Shown one piece after another: positions 39,301-48,702 of a stretch of DNA of 64,000 nucleotides (position 1 is the stretch's first letter; each line of letters starts with the position of its first letter). This DNA comes from Turneriella sp. (lineage in GTDB: Bacteria > Spirochaetota > Leptospiria > Turneriellales > Turneriellaceae): positions 2,240,001 through 2,304,000 of the forward strand of contig CBDIID010000003.1 in the NCBI GenBank assembly GCA_965279515.1, in the 5' to 3' direction. The notes under the pieces are model-generated. The model worked only from the letters and a program-made list of their open reading frames with translations. It made no database searches and was not told where the DNA came from. The position numbers and the translations under genes are program-made.

Positions 39301-40938
39301 GACGAAGCAGAGCGCTTTATCTCCGCAAATGCTGATGTGAAGTCGGCTCTGGCAGGCGAAACAGCCGAGAGTGAGAGCCTCGTGCAGCTGGCCGCTTTCG
39401 TCAGTGGCGACCTGTCGCGGCTCAATCAATCTTTTCCTTGGGAAACCAAGGCAGGCGGTTCGCACGCTGATCTTAAAAACAAACTCTCCGCAAATCTGAA
39501 AAATGAAGAACTCAAGAATGAGATCTGTAGCGCGGCGACCGATGCGCTGGAATATGCGCTGGTGCTGCGTGCCTGTATTGAAAATAAAAACGCCGACGAA
39601 ACGGAAAGGGCCGACCGCCGGCAGATCAAAGCCTGGTTTGCCGGCTCTAAGTCTGAACTCAAAGACCTGACGCGGCCCGAAGACACGGATTTTTTCCATG
39701 CGATTTCACTGATGCAAGCGGGTTTTGTCGCCGACGCACTCTTCTATTCGAAGAAACACCTGGCACCGGTAACTCTGTCGGTATCGGAAAACCTTCTCGC
39801 CTTCACCTTGCTGCGCGTTCTTGCCCAACGCCGCACGAGTGAAAGCGACGCGCAGGGCATTGCCCGTCTGCTCAGCGAGTACGGCGCCGCGGCAGTCCCA
39901 AAAGCACCGAATGCACAAGTGCAGGCATTTTATACCCTGCTCTCGCGCAGCGCCAGCGTCTATGCGACCGGTGTCGCAGCGCTGGCCGATATCGCGCCCC
40001 GCGATGCGGGTCAGTGGACATCGGGTGTCCATTCCGCCTTCAACCAGCTTTATCTGACCGGTATCTCTGTAAATCCCCAGGGCAATACAATCGCAGCGGC
40101 AACCGCAACGGGATTTCCCGCGGATACGCTCGTCGATGCGAATCTTAAATCCTACGCCGAAACCGACCGGGGTTACTCCCCCACCATAGACTGCACCCGC
40201 GTTAACTGCGCATTGCTTATCAAACGTCATATCGCGCGCGGCGAGAACACGGCGGGGCTGAACCTGCTGCTGAGAAATCAGGGCGAACCGGGAACAAACA
40301 CGAAACGCCTGGCGGCAGGATCTTTTGGTTACAGTGAAATCTTTACTGATGAAATTTACGAATGGTACAGCGACGGAACGAACGTGCAGTTCCAGCGTTT
40401 GCCGGCATTTGACGAAAAATCGCTCGTGACCGTGCGACCCGGGCGGCGCTACCTGGCGTACACGCCCAAACGCAATCTCTTCGCACGGCACAAGATTCAG
40501 CCGCCGCGCGAAGCCGTGCTCGTCGATATTTCGAGTAGCCCTGGCGCCACGACGGAAGTCCCCGAATCACTGAGTTTCGCTGCCCCGGAGCCAACGGCAC
40601 TCTACTCGGCACTTTACTCGGAATGGGGTTCGGGAAAAAAAACGGGCAAGTCTGCTTTTATACAAATCAAGCCGCCTTACCACGGCGCCGCAGGTGCCCT
40701 CAACATCTATTCCGAGCCGGTCGAGCTCGATAATCTGCCGCGCCTGAAGCCCGCAGCCTATCACCTGTTCTGCGCGCAGGGGGAATCTTACAATAATTTC
40801 GCGGCCTTTGCCCAGACAATGGTGCGCAATATGGCAGAACAGAAAATGCCGGTAGAAACCGCATATGAGGCCGCGTTTAAAACACTCAAGGGAAAGCAAG
40901 CCTCGACGCGGCCGCTCTATTATTTATACCGGAACTGA
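33382..40938 (+). CDS. Giant PD40 (TolB-like) propeller + TPR lipoprotein, 2518 aa
   Basis: Lipobox-like AAHC; repeated PxxSPDGK; EF-hand-like DTNGDGQIDRKD; extensive TPR-like helices. Confidence 0.85.
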   Translation: MKALHRLAIVLAGALIAAHCSGANVRDDAHFSYENIYQDRYQRGNGGIIPITLERGESYSGSITRDQKYLYFSSNTSGNYDIYLRDLSDVFSIPVVTTVTNQREPSISPDGKYLVYVDDELDPDGDIILLKVSPKKLIELYRDREQPGDEWFASRAKNLTNSEKNRIRARDANPTWSPDGKWIAYSSDLVALKQDDLGAGAGAIQNIWIMPASSPEEKRQLTTKGGVMPSFSPDGKRIVYISYEDEKSSGAVYEVEVATGKTRRITSGKSMDFYPSYTPDMDGIILTRIAADTNGDGQIDRKDAGQIIRIEPDDLDTDAPLDSLDRGFVEDHEHVALTADTDHVFDSRVSNFIGGSVILAQLKGEDVNVGFIPLSGAIPVKPDVRQQQAYLFEQMKKAKNKARPCLGLEQLPSAFEKSPDIEIYQALSRMRQAACDTNEAAELREFIADVTYEEQVVYRLLNDLSAISADYADLKGIVRLAALAETGNVQEYFEKITSDKKIWNEYRDGDPGDKEDYRAIFSFIRHEQAKYFIRQGKHKDAVEVIRKVIRFNVDYLGLDELLLGNGSIDSASLPASEIVYLLADTPDPALIPDYFSGLKNTAIKVRPHVRRQAERFLADFFRKQFAAGSEAAQKQFLAAYPEKNHRTMHALYSVASARSAVKKELLDEAAAASARAQALAPAGSLIHYDAEIVRGKIEEVRNGADGAMRVYAAAVGAFRDTEIPASAKNIIAKLTRYHEERAERFRGEQNDRAAAGEYQALLDLYLSAHANKLTKEIAAGELLDSALNLDQVALRAAGDDGDEKLLDEIMNFYDSRIDIARRYLVSEFIFGRGFLRAQLGIKRHLAAEADGLTKSEKKKVFEHFRKAEVDLNWCFFANARFADAYIMLGWMYQFIDEKREVVLEPSSGKRDREVFESLYKSFFPDYLFEKNIRLYQKTLALFGKSGSPRIKNSFHLNIANNYFLLNNYSQAEEHYAAILDKNGNPDFQFENPEQEMMFYYHFGRTLYFSGKNDVAARYLKYVENNLNSRYPIAGVPADVQKLNQGRREIAYKTFALNSEYSQNVPMAIQYHQTILAEAKAVAAETPVSMSQLELARLFLRQGDLAAALRHTNRAEKALEKEKEIPIPKFKLRLKWFWIYEPWTTVVGWLYKLSYDDVYIGENHLAFELPTVNRYQLLYSIRADVYKQKGLIQDASEALAKLVEYAEKDKTTHGKETLSAAVSRRGELEFQLKNWDNAMALYQTALKQAEKDANATAALTFRKNIHLCKLRKLETENQTLADKIKTAQKNSEEVAEFEKDKIEERLKAVRKAIKEKDDPEKKDISPEGVIKVTQKVQAEIQPILFFKGLSLAHEAELADFKDRFEAKDETFDQYLAHKKAGFDKFRQALKYFRGFTKESFPEVDPVFEPDLKNNSLRIKLAMNRAKVLQEMNLVDESIAELKEIQERSQEFRADLEYAIATYRVYRVYEEAELEEKVNLTQYRNLIRFFMRNQNFMRANTDLFERICNIITDRALKKRNFAEAILTEDLRRQLTGIQMYLDDLKLYGPKEEQFSKLLILEQKRYTLSNRIRAGRLARQSVQTLEKELFDADSEAESLKRRLRQPDRLDYRYDTFFSDGYSEAELARIARYGVIYALRPRDDLMFVYVKSEGGKRGGFRYEVSVPVEGQSDIQELEAFAAKTRARVLILAPQILADALKSEKLKPLAMQTTARAAINFADNPDRAKRSLVQLVKSGTFFGLAGKNEITYNLPQSVERVKKASEINALTIHRNVVDYEAELVRKTVVTDNAPITPSAMFALKSNPNYALASWSSRDKIGKGDEFRYATSIDLYFSAMGAGQVLHTLAPRKTAQGAIETFLSSGEITPGTMLTGNAHFIESEEAERKLMASQRASYQAKVTAARKLREYTEAASYAEDALSLFPTDVNLHLTAAELHMMQGVNGAAARHIAAAHITQASPLKDRKNYAKLLLRSGSHDEAERFISANADVKSALAGETAESESLVQLAAFVSGDLSRLNQSFPWETKAGGSHADLKNKLSANLKNEELKNEICSAATDALEYALVLRACIENKNADETERADRRQIKAWFAGSKSELKDLTRPEDTDFFHAISLMQAGFVADALFYSKKHLAPVTLSVSENLLAFTLLRVLAQRRTSESDAQGIARLLSEYGAAAVPKAPNAQVQAFYTLLSRSASVYATGVAALADIAPRDAGQWTSGVHSAFNQLYLTGISVNPQGNTIAAATATGFPADTLVDANLKSYAETDRGYSPTIDCTRVNCALLIKRHIARGENTAGLNLLLRNQGEPGTNTKRLAAGSFGYSEIFTDEIYEWYSDGTNVQFQRLPAFDEKSLVTVRPGRRYLAYTPKRNLFARHKIQPPREAVLVDISSSPGATTEVPESLSFAAPEPTALYSALYSEWGSGKKTGKSAFIQIKPPYHGAAGALNIYSEPVELDNLPRLKPAAYHLFCAQGESYNNFAAFAQTMVRNMAEQKMPVETAYEAAFKTLKGKQASTRPLYYLYRN

Positions 40939-40939
40939 A

Positions 40940-43330
40940 ATGATTGCGACCAAAAGCACGGATGCGTCGACCGAAGCTATCAGCCTCCCAGGTGCGGGCA
41001 ATATGCTCATGCAATCGAATGGCGGACGTCTATACATAGAAGCGACCGACGAACTGAATAAGGCGGCGCAGTATATTCTCAAAGCCGCTTGCGGCCTGAT
41101 GCAGGCAGAAGGCTGTTTTATGGCACTGCGCACGGGCCAGGGCGTCAAAACATACCGCATAGCAAAGCGCGGCCTCACGACCCTCGAAAAAAATATCATG
41201 CAGAAAAGTCTTGTCGAAAGCGAGACGCTGATCATCGAAAAACGCCAGCAACTTTTCAATGCGGCGCAGATTTCAATGGGCGAGGCCGAAACTTCGTACC
41301 TCGCGGCCCCACTCCTGACCGACGGCAAGGGAGTGCTCGGCGCCCTGTTATGGGCAACCAAACAGGGTGAAGATAATTTCAGCGAAGAGGATCTAAGCCT
41401 CGCGGCGACCTTTGCCCGTACCTTCGCGCGCATGCTCGCGAATTGTATTACCTCACCTGACCGCACCACGCTGCTGGTGAAATTCAGCGGTAATCTCGTC
41501 ACGGTTTTCGAGAATCTCTACCTTTACCGCAAGAACATCGAGAATAATTTCCTGCTCTCAGAGATGATCAAAGTGTCGAAGATGATCAATTCGACGCTCG
41601 ACATCAACAGCCTGCTCGAGTCGATCATGGATTCGGCGAAAATCGTTCTCAAGGCAGAAGCCTCGTCGCTGATGCTGATCGACCGCAAAACGAACGAACT
41701 TTTCTTTAACATCATCTCGGGCGAGAAGGAGCGCGACCTCAAGGAAATCCGCATTCCGATGGGCGTCGGCATCGCCGGCATCGTCGCCGAAACCAACAAA
41801 CCGCTGATCGTCAACGATGCGCAGAACGACGAACGTGTCTATAAGCAGGCAGACGCGAAAATTAATTTTGTCACAAACAACCTGATTGCCACGCCGCTCA
41901 TGGTGCGCAACCGCATTATCGGCGTCATCGAAGTCATCAATTCGATCGGGCGCACCGAATTTTCCGAGAAGGATCTCGAGCTCTTCAATACCTTCTCCGA
42001 GCAGGCGGCACTCGCGATCCACAACCGCGAGCTCATCGACTCCCTCAAGGATATCAACCGCGAACTGAAGAAGAAGGTGCACGAACTTTCGAGCCTGCAC
42101 GAAATCGGCAAGGTTTTGATGTCGACGCTCAATGAGAAAGATCTTTTTGACTCGATTGTACGCATTATCGCCGACGAGATGCAGGCCGATCGTGTCTCGA
42201 TCATGATCTATGCCGCCGACCACGACGCGCTTGAGATCGTCTCGCATTACGGCCTGGACCTCTCGCCCTTCGAGCGCACCTTTGTCTCCCTCGATAAATC
42301 ACTCGCCGGCAAATCGTATGAAGAGCGCAAGCTCATCTACACCAACGCCCTCGAAAAGACCCAGTACGCGGCGTTCCGGGACGTCGAACGTTACCATAGC
42401 GGCGGTTGCATTATACAACCACTGATGCACGGGCAGGAAATCTACGGCGTACTCAATATTTCTGACCGGCAATCATCGCTGAGCCATGATTTCAATGACG
42501 ACGACCTGAGACTGGTATCAACGATCGCCAGCCAGATCACGCGCAGCATACAGAACTTCCGCCTGCTCAATGAGATGTTGCAGAAACGTTCGTACGAGAA
42601 AGAACTCGAAATCACTTCGAGCATCCAGAAATCCATCCTACCCACGCATTTTCAAAAATCGGCATGGTTCGACCTCGGTGTGATTTCAGAACCCGCAAAA
42701 CTCATGGGCGGGGATTTTTACGACCTGCTGTCTTTTGACGGCGACCAGTTTGTGTTTTCCGTCGCCGACGTGAGCGGTAAGAGCCTGCCCGCCGCACTTT
42801 TTATGGCAGTGACGAGTTCGATTATTCGTACATACGGGCGTGAGATTAAGACGCCGGCAGAGGTGCTCTATAAGGCCAACGACCTCATCTACCAGGACAG
42901 CCAGGCGGGAATGTTCGTCACATTATTCTACGCCTTTTTCGACGCCCCCGAGCATCAGCTCTACTACTCGTCGGCCGGCCACAATGAACAACTGATCTTC
43001 CGCCATGACACGCGCACCTTTGAAAAACTCGGCACCCGCGGCCGGCCGCTCGGCGTCGTCGACTCGGCACTGCACGGCCCGTTCGGCGAAGGCAAGGCAT
43101 TTCTCAACGAAGGCGATTTGCTCATTCTCTACACCGACGGCGTGGTCGAGGCCATCAACGAACGCAAAGAAGAATTCGGCTTTGACCGCTTTTGCCGCAT
43201 CATCAGTGAAAATATGCTCTTATCGTCCGATCAGCTGGTGAAGAAAATCTTCCGTGAAGTGAAGACTTTTGCGGGCAGCGAGCCGCAATACGACGACTTT
43301 ACGCTAATGGTTATTAAAGTACTGAAATGA
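40940..43330 (+). CDS. GAF-domain SpoIIE/RsbU-type PP2C phosphatase
   Basis: Multiple GAF domains; GGDFYD, ADVSGK, MFVT, SAGH, YTDGVVE, DDFT. Confidence 0.93.
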   Translation: MIATKSTDASTEAISLPGAGNMLMQSNGGRLYIEATDELNKAAQYILKAACGLMQAEGCFMALRTGQGVKTYRIAKRGLTTLEKNIMQKSLVESETLIIEKRQQLFNAAQISMGEAETSYLAAPLLTDGKGVLGALLWATKQGEDNFSEEDLSLAATFARTFARMLANCITSPDRTTLLVKFSGNLVTVFENLYLYRKNIENNFLLSEMIKVSKMINSTLDINSLLESIMDSAKIVLKAEASSLMLIDRKTNELFFNIISGEKERDLKEIRIPMGVGIAGIVAETNKPLIVNDAQNDERVYKQADAKINFVTNNLIATPLMVRNRIIGVIEVINSIGRTEFSEKDLELFNTFSEQAALAIHNRELIDSLKDINRELKKKVHELSSLHEIGKVLMSTLNEKDLFDSIVRIIADEMQADRVSIMIYAADHDALEIVSHYGLDLSPFERTFVSLDKSLAGKSYEERKLIYTNALEKTQYAAFRDVERYHSGGCIIQPLMHGQEIYGVLNISDRQSSLSHDFNDDDLRLVSTIASQITRSIQNFRLLNEMLQKRSYEKELEITSSIQKSILPTHFQKSAWFDLGVISEPAKLMGGDFYDLLSFDGDQFVFSVADVSGKSLPAALFMAVTSSIIRTYGREIKTPAEVLYKANDLIYQDSQAGMFVTLFYAFFDAPEHQLYYSSAGHNEQLIFRHDTRTFEKLGTRGRPLGVVDSALHGPFGEGKAFLNEGDLLILYTDGVVEAINERKEEFGFDRFCRIISENMLLSSDQLVKKIFREVKTFAGSEPQYDDFTLMVIKVLK

Positions 43331-43364
43331 CCCCAACCGATCCATTAAAGAGAGCCTACCCAAA

Positions 43365-43796
43365 ATGAGCCGATGCAAGCAAGTTTTCGTCGCAGAACCC
43401 GCCGCAATACCGCAGGTGCATGACTTTGTCAAAGACACACTGGCTGCGAACGGTGTCGGCTCCGATTCCACCGACGATCTGGTACTCGCCTGTGACGAAG
43501 CCGCGACAAACATCGTCGAACATGCGTTCGAGGGCAAATTGGGCGCCTTAAAACCTAAACCGAAGTTCGTTCTCGCCCTCAACTGCCGCAAAGACAAGGT
43601 AACAGCAACCTTCTTCGACTCGGGCAGCGCCTTCAATTTGAAGGCTGTGGCGCCGCCGGATATCAGCAAAAATCTCGCCGGCGAAAAACGCGGTGGTTAC
43701 GGTGTTTTCCTGATCCGGAAACTAGTCGATAAAATAGTTTACAGCGCACGGCACAGGCTCAACATTACAAAGCTTGTAAAAGAAGTTCAAGGTTAA
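43365..43796 (+). CDS. RsbW-like anti-sigma factor/Ser kinase
   Basis: LACDEAATNIVEHA, DSG..F, RGGYGVFLI. Confidence 0.9.
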   Translation: MSRCKQVFVAEPAAIPQVHDFVKDTLAANGVGSDSTDDLVLACDEAATNIVEHAFEGKLGALKPKPKFVLALNCRKDKVTATFFDSGSAFNLKAVAPPDISKNLAGEKRGGYGVFLIRKLVDKIVYSARHRLNITKLVKEVQG

Positions 43797-43797
43797 C

Positions 43798-44124
43798 ATG
43801 CTCAGAACGAAAGAAGTCGGCAACTACATAGTAGCATACCTCAAGGGTCGGCTCGATGTGCATATCAGTGGCGAGATTGAAAAAGACCTCATGGCGCTCA
43901 GCGAGAAAAATCCCGAATCTGATTTCATACTGAACCTCGAAGGCATCGAATATATGTCGTCGAGCGGACTGCGCGTGCTCGTCGCCCTGATGCGCCACCT
44001 CAAGGGTCGCAGCCGTAAAATGAAACTTTGCAACATGAATGTTGCGGTGAAAAAAATCTTTGAAGTCGTCGAACTCATGGACATGTTCGATATCTATCCC
44101 TCAGAAGAAGAAGCTCTCAAATAA
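43798..44124 (+). CDS. RsbV-like STAS anti-anti-sigma factor
   Basis: GRLD and YMSSSGLRVL. Confidence 0.93.
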   Translation: MLRTKEVGNYIVAYLKGRLDVHISGEIEKDLMALSEKNPESDFILNLEGIEYMSSSGLRVLVALMRHLKGRSRKMKLCNMNVAVKKIFEVVELMDMFDIYPSEEEALK

Positions 44125-44127
44125 GTT

Positions 44128-45150
44128 ATGGCGTTCATTCTTTCGTCGCTGGCGAATCTTTTCAAGGCGAAAAAGAAGAGACATAATCCCGACGGCGCCG
44201 CGGGGAAACTCAATCGCCCGCTGTCGCGTTCGGAGTTCATGAGTGTCTATGAGAGCATGCCCGAAGCCGCGCGTGCGCAGCTCTTCGCCTCGCTGAACTA
44301 TGAACAAAAAGCGCGGCTGCTCGAACTACTGACCCCGCAAAATAACAACGCCCCCGCAAAACCCGCCGCCGTGACCGAAACGTGGGAGGCAGAAGATTTT
44401 CTGCCGGAAAAAGACGAGCGCAAAATCGCGCGCCTGCGCCATGTCAAAGAAGTGCGCGAACTCAAAGACCTCTATGCCGGTTTTGAAAAATATCCGCCAG
44501 CGGCAGTGGCCGAAATTCTTTCCGGCGAATCGAGCGCGGTCGCCGCGACCGTGCTTCTGCAGCTGAGCCAGCGCTTCGCATCGCAGGTCATTAAAAACCT
44601 GCCTGAACTCTCGCGCGGTGAAATCGTGCGCGCGATGGCATCGGAACGCCATATCGTCAGCGAGGCCCTGGTCGCGCTCGGCAAAAAAATCGCTGCGCTG
44701 CTCGCGGCTCTTCCTGCTGAAATGCCGGCGAGAATCGACGGCGTCAAACATGTGAATGAAATCTTAAAGCTCATGGGTGTCGATGAGGCGGATCGCATCA
44801 CGCGCGAAGTTTATGAGCACGACGAGGTTCTCGCTTCGACCCTGGAAAAAAGCCGTTACAACTTTGAGGACCTGGTCAATCTCAATGCGCGTGACTTTCG
44901 CACCCTGTTTAGCTCGATTCCGGATGAAACACTTTGGGCGCGGGCTCTAAAGGCCATCGACCAGGGTAAAAGAAAATCGCTGCTGGGTAAATTGCCCGTC
45001 AAACGCGCGGGCATGATCGCCAGCGCCATGGCCGAGATCAAGACGACGCGGCTCGACAGCATCGACAAGGCGCGCAGCAAAATTCTGTCGCAGGCACTGC
45101 GCCTCGCTGCACAGCACGAAATCAAATTCGCCGGTAACGGATTACATTAA
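44128..45150 (+). CDS. FliG-like protein (middle/C-terminal domains)
   Basis: ESSAVAATVLLQL, DGVKHVNEIL, FEDLVNL, ARALK resemble FliG_M/FliG_C. Confidence 0.72.
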   Translation: MAFILSSLANLFKAKKKRHNPDGAAGKLNRPLSRSEFMSVYESMPEAARAQLFASLNYEQKARLLELLTPQNNNAPAKPAAVTETWEAEDFLPEKDERKIARLRHVKEVRELKDLYAGFEKYPPAAVAEILSGESSAVAATVLLQLSQRFASQVIKNLPELSRGEIVRAMASERHIVSEALVALGKKIAALLAALPAEMPARIDGVKHVNEILKLMGVDEADRITREVYEHDEVLASTLEKSRYNFEDLVNLNARDFRTLFSSIPDETLWARALKAIDQGKRKSLLGKLPVKRAGMIASAMAEIKTTRLDSIDKARSKILSQALRLAAQHEIKFAGNGLH

Positions 45151-45155
45151 GAATA

Positions 45156-45428
45156 ATGCGCAGGCGCTACGTGGTGTCAGGCCGTGTGCAGGGCGTCGGC
45201 TTCCGTCAGTTTACAGCCGAAAAGGCGCGCCTGCTGAAACTCGCTGGCTGGGTGCGTAATTTACCGGACGGCAATGTGGAAGCCGAAGCCGAAGGTGACG
45301 AACAGGTACTCATTACCTTTGAAAAGGCACTGGGACAAGGCCCGAGCTTCGGCAGGGTCGATGCGGTAAAAAAGGATGACTTACCTGTAAGGGACAGTCT
45401 ACCTGCAATTTTTGAGATTCGCGCATGA
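45156..45428 (+). CDS. acyP: Acylphosphatase
   Basis: VSGRVQGVGFR and GWVRN.PDG.VE. Confidence 0.95.
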   Translation: MRRRYVVSGRVQGVGFRQFTAEKARLLKLAGWVRNLPDGNVEAEAEGDEQVLITFEKALGQGPSFGRVDAVKKDDLPVRDSLPAIFEIRA

Positions 45429-46696
45429 TTCCTCTTTATAATGTTCTGCTTTTGATTGTTTACCCCTTGCTTTGGCTGGTGTCGCGCTTCCATGGGCGAC
45501 TCAGGGAGAACTTTGCCCTGCGCGCGCAGATGCCTGATTTTAACGCGGCGCGGGGAAAACGGCATATTTGGTTTCACGCAGCGTCGGCAGGCGAATTCGA
45601 GCAGGTGCGCGCGGTGGCGCTCGAGATGCGTAAGGCATATAAGAATTTATTTTTTTCATTCAGTTATTTCTCCGATAGCGCCTATCGGGCAAAAAAAAAC
45701 GATAACGTACCCGACCTGCTCTTCGCCCTGCCCTTTGATTTTCCCTGGCGGATGAAACGACTGGTGCGGCAAATGCAACCGGACGCGCTCATCATCGGTA
45801 AATACGACGCGTGGTTAAATCAGACACGCCAGGCGCAGCAGGCGGGTGTCCCGGTTTACCTCGTGAGCGCGACGCTGCCTGCCAAATCGGGGCGCAACAA
45901 ATGGCCGCTGAAAAAGCTGATGCATGCCGTCTATGCGCCGATGCGGAAAATTTTCGCCATCAACGCAGAACATGCGGCGCGCTTTCGGAAAATTTCGTCC
46001 CTGAATGTCGAAGTCGCCGGCGATACGCGCTTCGACGCGATTCAGGCAAGGCTGAAAGAAGCGGCCGCGAGAAAAAAAGACATCGATAGCATAAAAAAAA
46101 TCTGCGCCGGGAAAACGGTGCTGGTCGCGGGTTCAAGCTATGCCGCATCAGAAAGAATGATCGTGGCATACCTCGCACAGAAACCGCGCATCGTAAAAAG
46201 ACCGGTCGTTGCAATCATCGCTCCGCACCATATACGCGAAGAGAAAATTGTGGCTCTCGAAGCGCTGTGCAAAAACGCGGCGTTGACTGTCGCAAGATTC
46301 AGCCAACGCGGGACATCCCACTTTGTTAAAAACCCAGACGTGTTAATCATAGATAGCCTCGGCCTTTTGCCGCTTCTTTACCCGCTGGCCGACGTGGCCT
46401 ATGTCGGGGGCGGTTTTGAGGGCTCGGTGCACTCGGTCATCGAGGCGACGCTTGCTGGTGCGCCGCCCATCACGGGCCCCCATATCGCCAATTCGGCGGA
46501 GGCCCTCGATCTGAAGGCTTTGGGATTGTTGCAGGTGATGGCCCGACCCGACGCGGCAGAGTTTGGCAGGCTTGTGGAAAACCTGTGTAAAAGTCATAAT
46601 GCACTGTCCAAAAAAATGCGGAGCTTCGCCGGAGAAAGATTGGGCGTGGCACGGAGAATTATGCATACTGTGATGGACGACACATTCGGGGAGTAA
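45425..46696 (+). CDS. waaA: Kdo transferase
   Basis: [30 protein letters not shown]. Confidence 0.85.
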   Translation: MIPLYNVLLLIVYPLLWLVSRFHGRLRENFALRAQMPDFNAARGKRHIWFHAASAGEFEQVRAVALEMRKAYKNLFFSFSYFSDSAYRAKKNDNVPDLLFALPFDFPWRMKRLVRQMQPDALIIGKYDAWLNQTRQAQQAGVPVYLVSATLPAKSGRNKWPLKKLMHAVYAPMRKIFAINAEHAARFRKISSLNVEVAGDTRFDAIQARLKEAAARKKDIDSIKKICAGKTVLVAGSSYAASERMIVAYLAQKPRIVKRPVVAIIAPHHIREEKIVALEALCKNAALTVARFSQRGTSHFVKNPDVLIIDSLGLLPLLYPLADVAYVGGGFEGSVHSVIEATLAGAPPITGPHIANSAEALDLKALGLLQVMARPDAAEFGRLVENLCKSHNALSKKMRSFAGERLGVARRIMHTVMDDTFGE

Positions 46697-46706
46697 AAGA
46701 GGACAC

Positions 46707-47318
46707 ATGGCATACGCACCAATTGTAATTGAGCAGACAAACCGCGGCGAGCGGCATTACGACATCTATTCGCGGCTACTGAAAGACCGCATCGTTTTTT
46801 TGGGATTTCCCATCGACGACGCTTACGCCAATGTCATCATCGCGCAGCTGTTGTTCCTGGAATCTGAAGATCCTGAAAAAGATATCTATCTTTATATCAA
46901 CTCACCGGGGGGCTATGTCTCCTCAGGACTCGCGATCTATGATACCATGCAGCTGATTCGCCCCGACGTGCGCACTGTTTGCACCGGGCAGGCATCGAAC
47001 ATCGCGGCGCTTATTCTCGCGGCCGGCACAAAAGGCAAGCGCTCGGCGCTGCCTCATTCGCGCGTTCTGCTGCACCAGCCGGTGGGCGGCGCCTCAGGAC
47101 AGGCCGCCGACATCGAGATACAGGCACGCGAAGTGCTGCGCATCCGCGATACCCTGAACGGCCTTTACCAGAAACATACCGGTCTCACACTCGAGAAAAT
47201 TGAAGAAGAGACTGCGCGTGACCTCTACATGGACGGCCCCGAAGCCATGAAATGGGGCCTCATTGATTATGTCATATCAGGCCGCGTAGAAAATGCCTCC
47301 AAAGAATTGGCCGGTTAA
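46707..47318 (+). CDS. clpP: ClpP proteolytic subunit homologue (catalytic Ser replaced by Asn)
   Basis: [31 protein letters not shown] at the nucleophile elbow. Confidence 0.93.
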   Translation: MAYAPIVIEQTNRGERHYDIYSRLLKDRIVFLGFPIDDAYANVIIAQLLFLESEDPEKDIYLYINSPGGYVSSGLAIYDTMQLIRPDVRTVCTGQASNIAALILAAGTKGKRSALPHSRVLLHQPVGGASGQAADIEIQAREVLRIRDTLNGLYQKHTGLTLEKIEEETARDLYMDGPEAMKWGLIDYVISGRVENASKELAG

Positions 47319-47337
47319 ACGATAATTAAGAGATAAC

Positions 47338-48702
47338 ATGGCTGAGCGACGTTCGTATGATTCGGGTAACCATTGTTCCTTCTGCGGTAAAGAACAGGCA
47401 AAAGTAAACCGCCTGATTGCCGGCCCCGGCGTGCACATCTGCGATGAATGCGTCGTGCTGTGCAACGGCATTCTCGCCGACGATCTCGAAAAACAGGCAA
47501 CACCGGCAACTGTACAAAAACTGCCGAAACCGGCGGAAATCAAGAATATCCTCGACGAATACGTCATCGGGCAAGATTCCGCGAAGCGCGCACTCTCGGT
47601 CGCGGTCTATAACCACTACAAACGCCTGCAGTACGAAAAAGACCAGGCGACCAAGCTCGGCGGCAAGTTTCTGCGCAAACATGCGACGGCCGACCAAAGC
47701 GGCGTTGAAATCGATAAGTCGAACATCCTGCTCATCGGCCCCACGGGTTCGGGCAAAACCTTTCTCGCCCAAACGCTCGCCCGCATTTTGCAGGTACCCT
47801 GCGCCCTTGTCGACGCCACCGCGCTTACCGAAGCGGGTTATGTCGGCGAAGACGTAGAAAACATTCTGCTGCGTCTTTACCAAAACGCCGACGCCAACGT
47901 CGAAAAGGCGCAAACCGGTATCATCTATATCGACGAAATCGATAAAATTGCCCGCAAGTCGGATAACCCCTCGATCACGCGCGACGTTTCTGGCGAAGGT
48001 GTTCAACAGGCGCTTTTGAAGATTATCGAAGGCACTGTCGCAAGTGTTCCTCCCGTCGGCGGCCGCAAACACCCGCACCAGGATTTTATCCAGATGGACA
48101 CGCGCAATATTCTCTTTATCTGCGGCGGCGCCTTCGAAGGCCTCGACAAAGTCGTGCAGAAGCGCGTCGATAAGTCGACGCTGGGTTTTGACTACAAAGC
48201 ACCCAAGAAAAAAGAGCAGCAGAGCGAATACCTGCGCCTGGTGAACCCCGACGACCTGATGAAGTATGGCCTGATTCCTGAATTCATCGGCCGCCTGCCG
48301 ATCATCCGTTCGCTCGACAACCTCGACGAAGCGGCGATGGTGAAAATTCTCACCGAACCGCGCAACGCGCTCATCAAACAATACAAGAAGATCTTCGACC
48401 TTGAAGGCATTAAACTCAGCTTCGAAGACGATGCCATTAAGGCAATCGCCGCAAAAGCCCTCATCCGCCAGACCGGTGCACGTGGGCTGCGGGCAATTCT
48501 CGAAGATTCCATGATGGATCTCATGTTCGAGATACCGACGATGATCGGCGTCGACGAAGTCATTATCACACGCGCGATGATTGAAACAGGCGAAAAAGCA
48601 CGCATCATTTCACGCGCAGAGACCGATAAAGAACGTACCAAGAAGAGCAAGGCCTCCACTAACGAAGAGACCTACCTCTTACCTCCGGAGAAAATGGCTT
48701 AA
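47338..48702 (+). CDS. clpX: Clp protease ATP-binding subunit ClpX
   Basis: CSFCGK zinc finger, [25 protein letters not shown] loop. Confidence 0.98.
   Translation: MAERRSYDSGNHCSFCGKEQAKVNRLIAGPGVHICDECVVLCNGILADDLEKQATPATVQKLPKPAEIKNILDEYVIGQDSAKRALSVAVYNHYKRLQYEKDQATKLGGKFLRKHATADQSGVEIDKSNILLIGPTGSGKTFLAQTLARILQVPCALVDATALTEAGYVGEDVENILLRLYQNADANVEKAQTGIIYIDEIDKIARKSDNPSITRDVSGEGVQQALLKIIEGTVASVPPVGGRKHPHQDFIQMDTRNILFICGGAFEGLDKVVQKRVDKSTLGFDYKAPKKKEQQSEYLRLVNPDDLMKYGLIPEFIGRLPIIRSLDNLDEAAMVKILTEPRNALIKQYKKIFDLEGIKLSFEDDAIKAIAAKALIRQTGARGLRAILEDSMMDLMFEIPTMIGVDEVIITRAMIETGEKARIISRAETDKERTKKSKASTNEETYLLPPEKMA

Noticed and set aside
47326..48381. 351-aa antisense ORF over clpX
   Set aside because: Shadow ORF from codon bias of the sense gene; no recognisable motifs
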